Below, piece by piece: positions 18,281 to 27,905 of a stretch of DNA of 30,748 nucleotides. The notes beneath the pieces were generated by a model. That model was not told the DNA's origin. It ran no database searches and worked only from the letters and a program-made list of their open reading frames with translations. The translations under genes were made by a program, and so were the position numbers. Source of the DNA: Fonticula alba ATCC 38817 (Eukaryota; Protista; Nucleariida); NCBI GenBank assembly GCA_000388065.2, contig KB932211.1, one strand, 5' to 3'. Within the stretch, counting starts at the first letter, position 1. The number at the start of each line of letters is the position of its first letter.

Positions 18281-21183
18281 ATGATCCGCTCTGTCACCGT
18301 CGGCCTCCGCGCCTCTACCTCGCCCCTGGTCCGCCGGGCCGGGCCACCGACCACCACCCCGGCGGCCGCCTACTCCGGCATCGGCGCCCGGCTCAAGGGC
18401 ATGTTCGGCGGCTCCGGCTCCAGCGAGCCCGCGCCCGAGGCCGCCGACGCCTCTGCCAAGCCCAAGTCCTCGCTGCTGGACTCGCTGATGAACATGGGCA
18501 GCGGGCTCACCTCCGGCATGGGGCAGATCATGTCCAAGAGCATCACCCCGGAGATGCTCCGCCAGCAGGCCCAGGAGCTCACCGTGCCCAGTGCGTGCCC
18601 CCTCGCCACCCGCTCGCATCGCCCTCTCCCCTCATCCGTCCTTTGCCCTCCTTTTCTTTCCCCTCCCGGCTCACCCGCCCACACACTCGCATGGCGCCGG
18701 CCGCAGAGTACATCGAGTTCATGGAGAAGTCCCAGTCCGGCATGGCCTCCAAGGTCGCGAGCTTTGTCAACCCGGCGGCCGCGGCGGCCGCCAGCTCCGG
18801 CGAGCTGCAGAAGCGCCAGCTGGCCGTCCTCAAGTACCTGACGCCGGACGAGGCCGACAACATCGCCAACCTCACCCGCGGCCAGATGGAGGTCATTGCC
18901 AACCGCACGGGCCAGGGCCTGGTTGTACGTGCCGCGCCCGGGTCTTCCGCTGCTCCCCCGCCCCCTCCCCCCCCCCCCCTGCTCAGGGGTCTTGCTCTTT
19001 TGCCTGCCCTGCCCTGCCACTCCAACTCACCCGCGTCCCATGCCCGACTGCCTGGCTTCCGGAAGGCCGTCAGCGAGGCCATCCAGGCGTACAGCTCCAT
19101 TCGCATGTTCATCCACTTCCTGGCCCACTGCAAGGAGTGCGTTCACCGCCACTGGCTCGCGATCCCCGGGCTTTCCCCCTCTCNNNNNNNNNNNNNNNNN
19201 NNNNNNNNNNNNNNNNNNNNNNNNNNNNNNNNNNNNNNNNNNNNNNNNNNNNNNNNNNNNNNNNNNNNNNNNNNNNNNNNNNNNNNNNNNNNNNNNNNNN
19301 NNNNNNNNNNNNNNNNNNNNNNNNNNNNNNNNNNNNNNNNNNNNNNNNNNNNNNNNNNNNNNNNNNNNNNNNNNNNNNNNNNNNNNNNNNNNNNNNNNNN
19401 NNNNNNNNNNNNNNNNNNNNNNNNNNNNNNNNNNNNNNNNNNNNNNNNNNNNNNNNNNNNNNNNNNNNNNNNNNNNNNNNNNNNNNNNNNNNNNNNNNNN
19501 NNNNNNNNNNNNNNNNNNNNNNNNNNNNNNNNNNNNNNNNNNNNNNNNNNNNNNNNNNNNNNNNNNNNNNNNNNNNNNCCCTCTCTCTCTCTCTCTCTCT
19601 GTCGTATGCGCCCTCGAGCTGCCCATCGCCGAGACCCGGCCGGCACGTCCCCGGCCTGTGCGGCTCGCACTGACCGATCGCCGCCGGAACCGTGACCCCT
19701 CCCGCCGGCCGGCCCACCGGGCAGACGAGATGGACAGCTACATGTTCCAGACAATCGCCCACTCGGCCATCCCCCTGTACGAGGAGTGCCTGGCGCACGC
19801 CGGGGTGCCGCTCTTCCGCGAGCCGATCACCGGCCGGCCGGTCCAGACGGCCATGGACTACGCGGCCGCCACCGAGGCCGACGAAGTGGAGGACCTCTTC
19901 CGCCTGCTGTCACGCGTCAAGGACGCCATCCCCTCCCTGCAGGCGGTCTGCTCCGGGGCCATCCTCTCGGACTACCAACGCCTGCGCGTGGAGAATGTGT
20001 ACGCCCGCGCCCCGGCCCGCCGGCCCTGGCCCACGCCGAGCCAGGCCGCCTGCCTGCCCTGTCCCCCACCTGACACCTGTGCCCGCCTTCCCCCCCCCCC
20101 CCCCCCCCCCCCCTGGCCAAGCTGCCGGCGCCTCGACCTCGTGCCGCTGGCCCCGCTGTGGGCCCTGCCCCAGGCGGCCCTGGTCCCGCGCATGATCGCC
20201 GCCCCGCTGGACGCCGTCCTGGTCAAGGTGGCCGCCATGGGCCTGGTCCCGCGGCGGCACCTTGGCATGACTCTCTCGGCCATCTGGCCGACCCTCATGC
20301 GCCTGGTGCGCGCCCGCCCCCACGCACCTCTCCGTGTCCATCCCCCGGCCTGACACTTGCATGCCTGCGCCCTTCCCTCCCTCTCCCGGATGCACACACG
20401 CACACTCCCAACCCCAGGGCGACATGTACGGGCTGAATGTCGCCGGCGAAGGCGGCGAGTACGAGACCCTGGTGCTGGACGCCCCCTTCTTCTCGCGGCG
20501 GATTGTCCTGTGCGTGCTGCTCGACGATGTCGGCCCGGGCTCCCGGCCGTCNNNNNNNNNNNNNNNNNNNNNNNNNNNNNNNNNNNNNNNNNNNNNNNNN
20601 NNNNNNNNNNNNNNNNNNNNNNNNNNNNNNNNNNNNNNNNNNNNNNNNNNNNNNNNNNNNNNNNNNNNNGGCCGAACGCCCGCCGCAGAAACAACATCGA
20701 GGTGTCCGATGACCCGAACGAGATGAAGAAGCTCTTCGCCAAGATGGCGCCGGATCTCATTCGCCAGGTGCAGATGACCCCCATCCGCCGGAGCGCCTCC
20801 CTGGGCCAGAGCAACACCCTGCCCAATCTGGTGGCCAAGCGCGTGCGTATCCACCGGCCTCGTGGCTACCAACCTCCTGCTCCTCCTCTGTTCCTGCTCC
20901 TCCTTATTTCTCCCTGCCGGCCATCGGAGGGGCGATGGCGTCCTGACATGCCTGACCCCCACACACACGCACACACACACACACACACATACACACACAC
21001 CCGCGACACTCACACCTCGCTCGATCCTCCACCCGATGGGCCCCTCCCATGGCTCTCCCCCTCTTTGGCCCCTCCGTGCCTTGCATGATCGCCACGCCCC
21101 CGCAGGTCATCGGCCCCAACGACCCGTGCCCCTGCGGGTCCGGGCAGAAGCTGAAGAAGTGCTGCAAGCCCGGCCGCAAGTGA
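18281..21183 (+). CDS. 276-aa predicted mitochondrial protein: presequence, SRP54/Ffh M-domain (signal-peptide-binding)-like region and C-terminal SEC-C zinc-binding motif. Exons 18281-18590, 18707-18924, 19066-19136, 20689-20842, 21106-21183
   Basis: Four GT-AG introns with matching phases (1,0,2,0). QKRQLAVLKYLTPDEADNIANLTRGQMEVIANRTGQGLVAVSEAIQAYSSIRMF aligns without gaps by eye to the recalled Ffh M-domain pattern. The last exon is VIGPNDPCPCGSGQKLKKCCK. The exon 3-4 join crosses two N gaps. Confidence 0.75.
19184..19578. other. Assembly gap (395 N)
   Basis: N run. Confidence 1.
19725..20509 (+). CDS. DPH6: Diphthine--ammonia ligase, exons 2-4 (19725-19998, 20122-20305, 20418-20509), on a gap-flanked contig that is out of order
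   Basis: DEMDSYMFQT...DEVEDLFRLLSRVK...AVCSGAILSDYQRLRVENV|CRRLDL...LW...LVKVAAMGL...HLG|GDMYGLNVAGEGGEYETLVLDAPFF are the conserved DPH6/ATP-binding-4 motifs. Intron phases match. Confidence 0.93.
20552..20669. other. Assembly gap (118 N)
   Basis: N run. Confidence 1.
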
Positions 21184-21595
21184 GCGCGCCCCCGCTTGCG
21201 GCCTCGCCTTTCCGTCGGGGGAAGGGGGGAGAGGTGCCTTCCTTCTTTCTTTCCTCCTCCCTCCCCGCCCCCAGCCTCCGGCCAAGGGGCACCACGCGCC
21301 GCCCTCGCCAGCACGCCCTGCCCCCTGGAAATAGACAAGCAACACATCACACACGGAGACACACGGAGACACACGCCCACGCACCCACACGCCCTGAGCC
21401 CACAATCAGAAACCGCGTTGACCACGTGGAACATGGCCGCTGGGCCGGCGCCGTGCGCCAATGAGCCCCCGCCCCGGACCGGGGGCAGGGACGCCCCACA
21501 AGGCCCCCTCCCCCGACACCGCCACCGCCCCCCCCCCCCTCCGCCCCCTCCTCGCCCTTTTCGCACCCTCTAGCACCCCTCTCCCGGATCCCACG

Positions 21596-21719
21596 ATGCA
21601 AGTCTGCGCCCTGATCAGCGGCGGCAAGGACTCGCTGATGGCCATGAACCTGGCGCTCCAGGATGGCCACGCGATTATCGCCCTGGCGAACCTCTTCCCG
21701 CCGGTCACTCACGGATCGG
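21596..21719 (+). CDS. DPH6: Diphthine--ammonia ligase, exon 1 (PP-loop)
   Basis: MQVCALISGGKDSLMAMNLALQDGHAIIALANLFPP carries the SGGKDS PP-loop of DPH6. The phase-1 donor GTGCGT at 21720 joins the phase-1 acceptor at 19725. Confidence 0.93.
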
Positions 21720-21731
21720 GTGCGTAGCTGG

Positions 21732-22177
21732 NNNNNNNNNNNNNNNNNNNNNNNNNNNNNNNNNNNNNNNNNNNNNNNNNNNNNNNNNNNNNNNNNNNNN
21801 NNNNNNNNNNNNNNNNNNNNNNNNNNNNNNNNNNNNNNNNNNNNNNNNNNNNNNNNNNNNNNNNNNNNNNNNNNNNNNNNNNNNNNNNNNNNNNNNNNNN
21901 NNNNNNNNNNNNNNNNNNNNNNNNNNNNNNNNNNNNNNNNNNNNNNNNNNNNNNNNNNNNNNNNNNNNNNNNNNNNNNNNNNNNNNNNNNNNNNNNNNNN
22001 NNNNNNNNNNNNNNNNNNNNNNNNNNNNNNNNNNNNNNNNNNNNNNNNNNNNNNNNNNNNNNNNNNNNNNNNNNNNNNNNNNNNNNNNNNNNNNNNNNNN
22101 NNNNNNNNNNNNNNNNNNNNNNNNNNNNNNNNNNNNNNNNNNNNNNNNNNNNNNNNNNNNNNNNNNNNNNNNNNNNN
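21732..22177. other. Assembly gap (446 N); probable true location of the 19579-20551 contig
   Basis: N run between DPH6 exon 1 and the last DPH6 exon. Confidence 0.95.
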
Positions 22178-22209
22178 GCCCCCCCCCCCCCCTCCGCTCG
22201 TCGCTTCAG

Positions 22210-24091
22210 TGCCGAGACGGCCGTCGAGTATGACGATGGCAACCCGGATGTCGCACACCTGCGCATCTTGCGCGCCCACACCGAGCCCAAGGAGCAGGGC
22301 ACCTTCTGGCCGGCGGCCGACCAGGCCCCCGGGCCCGGGGTCCTGCAGCGCCCGGCCAGCCCGCACTGGCCACTCGCCGACCCGGCCACCGCGGCCGCGT
22401 GCCCGGCCATCGCGGCCGAGCTCGGGTACCTCTGTGCCCTGCCCGGGCCGGGGCTTGGGGCGGTGGCCCTGCGGGACCGGCCGTCCGAAGCGCCGGCCTG
22501 CGCCCCGGCCGCGTGGCCCTCCCCCGGGGTGGCGGCCCTGCCAGCCTGGCTGGCCAGCTCAAGCCCGCGCGTCATCCGCGGCCGGGGCTTCGCCGTGGCC
22601 ACCGGCCTGGACTCGGGCCCCGTCCCGGGGGCCGGGCCCGCCGGCGAGTCGGCCGCCGAGCGCCTGGTGGCCCGCGCCGCCGCCCTCCTGGCCGAGGCCG
22701 GGCTTGACCTGGCCCACTCGGCTCGCTGGACCCTGCACACCTGGCTCCCGGAGGGGGGCTCCGCCTGCTCGGCCGCTCGGCAGGCCTTCCACCGCGATGT
22801 CACGCGCCTGGTGGCAGCCATCCCCGGAAGCCCCTCCCCCCCGGCGGTGGGCTTCCTGCCGCCGATGCCGCTGGCCGGGCTCGGCCCGGATGCCGGCCCG
22901 GTGTTCGGCCTGCATGTTCTGCTGGTGACCGATCGGTCGGTCAGTCGTGATGCCCTGTCGGCTGGGAGCCTCTCCTACTGGCTGCCGCCGGCCCCGGCCG
23001 GGGCCTCCCTGGCGTCGGTCATTCGCCCGGACACCTCGGTCGGGCCTGAGTCCGGGCCCGGGGCCCGGGGGCTGGCCGTGGCCTCGGCCTTGGAGGCCCG
23101 GCTGCCGCACACCGGCCAGCCGGCCGCATGCCACTGCCCGGGGTTCCGCTTCGCCCTGGTCGCCCGGCATGCGGCCCTGCTGGCTGACCGCCTATGTGAC
23201 CTGTGGCCTGGGGCCTTTGCCCGGCGGACGCCGGTGTGCGCGGACTTCGCCTGCTGGCCGGCCACCTCCCAGGTGTTGGCCGCCCATGCGGCTGGCTGCG
23301 CGCATGCCCTGGCCCATGCCCTGCTCCCGGGCAGCCATTCCCCCGACCGCCCGGGCGGCGACTCGTCGGCCTATGACCAGGACGAGGAGGACGAGGACGC
23401 CCCGGCCCCCCCGGGCCGGAGCTTCGGCCACCTCCTGGCCGGGACGGCCTTCCACCTGGCCGGGCTGCTGACCGACACGCAGGCTGCCCTCTGCCGGGCC
23501 ATCTGGACCGGGGCCTTCGCCGACCGGGGCATCGCCGCCCCGCCGGCCGTTGTGTGCGCCGGGGCCGGGGCCGACTTCCTGGACGCCTGCCACCCGGTGT
23601 TTGCCGGCCTGCCGGCCGGGCCCCCGGCTGCCAGCCCGACTTGGTCCCCGGCCGACGACGGGCAGCGGCTCCTGCCGGCCGGCGCCGGTCTCTGGCTTCA
23701 CCGCGGCCCGTCGAGCGTTGTGCTGTCGCTGGCCGCCGAGGGCCCGGCGCTGCCGAGCCTGGAAGACGCCCTGCGCGCTGTGGCCCGGGCCTTCGGCCAT
23801 CTGGCCGCCGCGGACCGGCTGTCGGTCATCGACTCTACCTGGCACCTGGCCAGGGAGGGCCTTCCCCTGGAGGAGGAGGGCGCCTGGGCCGCCGGCCTCG
23901 GCGGGTCGCCGCTGGAGCACGGCACCCGTGCGGTGGCCAGCCAGATCCACCTGCTGGCTGACGGCGCGCCCGCTTGGCTCCGCCTTTCGGACCCCCCTGC
24001 CCAGGCGGACCGCCATGTGCCTGATGCGCTGCCGGCCGGCCACCGGCCCCTGCTGGTGTGCACGGTGCTCGTGGAGGAGCGCCTGCCCTGA
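22210..24091 (+). CDS. DPH6: Diphthine--ammonia ligase, last exon: end of the ATPase domain plus a long C-terminal extension with degenerate RidA/YjgF-like regions; reconstructed protein 851 aa
   Basis: CAG acceptor at 22207-22209 is phase 2 and completes ...RRIVL|AETAVEYDDGNPDVAHLRILRAHTEPK. LLAEAGLDLAH and LSAGSLSYWLPP resemble the RidA-like extension of fungal Dph6. TGA at 24089-24091. Confidence 0.82.
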
Positions 24092-24337
24092 CACGAGGCC
24101 CTGACTCCATCCCGCCCTCTGGCGCATGTGATAATGCACAAGAAAGAACCCCCCCCACACACATGGTATCGGAGAGACGCGCAAAGAACCACATACACAC
24201 CACAGAACACGGAGAACAAGGACAGTGTTGGTGAAGAAGGCAGGCAACACACGAGAAGGGCGGGGGGGGGGGGGGAGATATACAAGGACAGGAGGGAGGG
24301 GGGCGGCACGACCGGGGAGTCGAGGCAAGAGGTGTAC

Positions 24338-24380
<43 letters not shown>

Positions 24381-24446
24381 TCGCAGAGAGGGAGGGGGGG
24401 GGGGGGGGGGGAGAACGAGACACACACGCAGCAGGAACCCGGGGGT

Positions 24447-25902
24447 CTACTTGGCGCCGGGGTCCGCAAAGTGCTGCTTGGCCAGCAGGAGGTCGTGGCT
24501 GCCGGTGGAGGACACCGACGAGGAGGACCCGCCAGATGACATGGTGTTGATGGAGGACGACTGGCTGGACGAGCCGGACTGGATGGACGCCGCATAGATC
24601 GACGGCGAGGGGGAGGGCGAGGGCCAGCCGCCCCCGGGCCCGCCCCCGCCGGCAACCCCGGCCGCGGGGTCCGGTCTATGGGATGGTGGACCTGGGGCCG
24701 GTCGCGATGGCGGGAGCTCATCCATCTCGAAGGCGCCGGCGGGGTGGTGCGACCGGGCGGCGCCGGGCAATGAGGAGGAGGCCCGGCCGCCGTCAGTGGA
24801 TGCCATGCCATGGGGCAGGCCCCCGCCGCCGCCGCCGCCGCTGCTGCTGCTGCTGCTGGGCGACCGCCGACCGGACACCGAGGAGCCGGCCTTGTGCAGG
24901 GCGCCGCCGGCCTGGAGGAGGTCCCCCCGGCCGCCGCCAGACCGGAGCAGGCCGAGGCGCTGCCGATGCCAGCGCAGGCAGACAATCGACGCCACAGCCA
25001 TCAGCAACACCGCGGTGGCCAGTAGCAGCGACCCGCCGATGTAGAGCACCTGCGTGGAGACATTGCACTGGCCATGGCTGTAGGACAGGCACCGCCCGCA
25101 CATGTGGTACAGGGTGCCGGTGTACTGCGTGGCCAGGGCCTGCTCGAGACTCAGTGCCCCGGCCAGGGGGTCGACCATGATGATGGCCGCACTGCCACTG
25201 CCGCTGCCACCACCACCACCATAGATGGGGTTCGCGGAGGCGGAATGCGCCGACGAGCTGCCGCCACTGGAGCCCCCCTCGGCGGGCGGCGTGCGCGAGT
25301 AGAAGCACAGCTTGGCCGGCTTGCCCCACTCATTGGCTTCCAGGCAGATGCTTGTCCGGAATTGGTGGGGGTTGTACCGAGCAAGCTCGGCGCCGGAGCC
25401 GGGGTCGTCCGGCCGCCCGAGCGTCAGCGACATCTCGGAGGTCTCGAGGACCTCGAACTCCGAGCACCACGTGCACCCGGACTGGATGGCGCACGGCTGG
25501 CAGGAGAGGTTGTTTTGGCAGGCTGTGCGTCGGGGGGAAGGGGGGGGGGGGGGGGGACCGCAAATGCACATGTTAGAGGGGCCGGGGAGAGGGCGAAAGG
25601 CGACGCCCAGACACGGGTGGAAGGAGCGCATGCGAGGCAAAACCAAGCACGGCTGCGCCGGGGGCGCGGGTGTACGCACGAGTGCTCAGCAGAACACCGC
25701 ACTCGGAAGGATGCACGCCGGCCAGCGGCGACAAGCCAGGGATGGCACACGGCCCGACGAAGTGCAGAGTGGCCACACAGACACCGATGGTGAAGCAACT
25801 GATGAACACCAGCAGCCCGAAGAGCCGCAGGGCGAAGAGAATCTGCGAGCCGTGGAAGATCCCGAGCAGAGGAGGAGGTCAGCATGGACAATCAGGAGGG
25901 GG

Positions 25903-25945
<43 letters not shown>

Positions 25946-27863
25946 CAAGTGAACACCCGAGCAGATGAAGACACGCACGGTGTGAAACAGCGGGCTGCCG
26001 GAGAAGGAGCCCGAGAAGGGAGCGCAGGAGGAAGGGGAGCCCTTGCCGCCGCCGTTGGCCGGAAGCCCGGCCGCCTGCGCTTCGCCCGTGACCTCCAGGA
26101 ACAGCAGCGACGGCGAGGAAGACCAGGGCGAGCCGCTGCCCGGGCCGCCGCTTGTGGGCCCGCCACCGCCACCACCGGCCGAGGGGGGGGAGGAATGGTG
26201 ATGATGCGAGGACGGGGGGCCAGTGTCATTGGCCAGGCCCGAGTGGCTGGACCGGTCGGCCGCGGACGCGATGGCCCCGCTGCCATGGGCATCGGCCGAA
26301 CCGCCGCGCGGCGACCCCGGCGCCCCGGCCGCCAGGGGACTGCTCGCCAGCCCCGGCCCGTGGGAGTGCGTCAGATGCGAGTGCGCCATGCTGGGGCCGC
26401 CGCCGCCGCCGCCGCCGCCGCCACTGCCAGCCCCATGATCCAGGGCATAGAGCATCGCCTGCCCCGAGGAGGGGTCCTGATGGAAGGGGTGCGCGTGATG
26501 CTGCGAGTGATGGGGCAGATGCTCGGCCCCGGGGCCGGCCACCAGGCCGAAGCCCGACTGGCCACCCGCGCCGGGGGCCGCAAAGAGCGACCCCGGATGC
26601 TCGGCCCCGGAGACCATGCCCTCCGGCCAGGCGGTGCTGCTGCCGACGCCGAAGTGGCCTGCTGCGGCTCCTGCTGCGCCCGGGGCACCGCCACCGGCCA
26701 GGGCATCTTCCCCCCGGCCGGCGCCGGCCCCCCCGGCCAGGCCCCCATCAAAGAGCAAGTCCCCATCGTCGAACCCGGCACCGGAGGCCCACATGGCCTC
26801 GCCCCGCTGGGCGTGATGCCACTCGCGGATGAGCTTCTGCAAGTCCGCCCGGTTGCTGGCATAGTGGAAGGCCGAGAGGGCGGTGCGCGTGAGCCCCGGC
26901 GGCGGGGGCGGGTGGTAGATCGGCGGGCACTCGCCCTCCTTCAGGGCCAGCAGCTGGTCGAAGGAGAAGCTCGGCTGCGGGGCGGGCCAGATCTCGTCCA
27001 CATTTTCGATGATCAAATGCGCCCCATGCCGCGCCAGAAGCTCCAGGATGTCCGGCTGGTTCCAGAAGGCCGCCGCGTGCGCCGGCGTCCAGGCATCGCC
27101 CACCAGGATCACCTCGTCGCCGGTGGCGCCCACGCTGGCGGGGGCCGGCGGCGACCCGGCGAGACATGCGGCGTCCTCCGCCCCAGGGCCGGGGCCAGCG
27201 GCATTGCTCGGGGCCGGGGCCGGGGCCGGGGCCGCCGTCGTGCCGGCCACAGGGGCGCCCGCTGCCCCAGCACCATCGTCATCATCATTGAAGAGCGTGC
27301 GCCCGGGGTCCTCATCATCGGCCGGCGTGCTGTCGATCGTGCGATCCGGGTCCAGGTCCGACCCGTCGGAATCCGACCCCGAGTCCATGCCCGACCCGGA
27401 GGACTTCAGATCCGACCCGGAGGACTTCAGGTCCGAGCTGGAGCTGTGCGACAGGGCGCCCGGCGTCCCGGGGCCGGCCGCGGGGGACGCCGAGCCGGCC
27501 ATCACCGCGGCCAGGGCGTCGGGCACCCCGGCCGCCGGGTCGCTTGTCAGGAAGATGGCCTCCCCGGCGGCGGCGGCCACCGATGCCAGGGCATCCGGCA
27601 CCAGGAACGGCACCAGGGCATAGTGCCCAAAGAGGCCGACCTTTCGCCGGGGCACCGGCAGCAAGGCCTGGGCATTGGGGCTGGCGCCCAGATCCAGCAG
27701 GCGCTTGGCCAGGTCGACGTAGCCCTTGCAGGCGGCGATGTGCAGCAGGGTGCCGTACCCCGGGCAATCCGGGCTGCGACGGTGGGTGGGGGGGGCGGGG
27801 GGGGGTGGGGGGGAAGTTGGACATGCGCCAGCGAGTCAGCACAAACCCCCATACACGAGCTCG

Positions 27864-27905
<42 letters not shown>

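Larger units (their letters stand above)
11921..27901. repeat. Dispersed (GA/CT)n microsatellites at ~11921-11940, 14166-14194, 17696-17722, 19580-19600, 25908-25942 and 27875-27901, in 5'UTRs and introns
   Basis: Direct reading. Each reads as (CT)n on the sense strand of its host gene. Confidence 0.85.

Noticed and set aside
19579-20551. Genuine nested gene or second DPH6 paralogue within the M-domain gene intron
   Set aside because: The contig lacks start and stop, and its terminal splice phases exactly complement DPH6 exon 1 and exon 5 downstream. Misordering between N gaps is more parsimonious.
21106-21183. SEC-C exon as a bacterial secA fragment or contamination
   Set aside because: Bounded by a spliceosomal CAG acceptor and phase-matched to upstream eukaryotic exons; no other SecA sequence nearby.
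9525-21183. Functional clustering of two mitochondria-targeted, prokaryote-style-domain genes
   Set aside because: They are 6.4 kb apart with unrelated genes between, and gene neighbourhood in a compact eukaryotic genome is weak evidence without synteny data.
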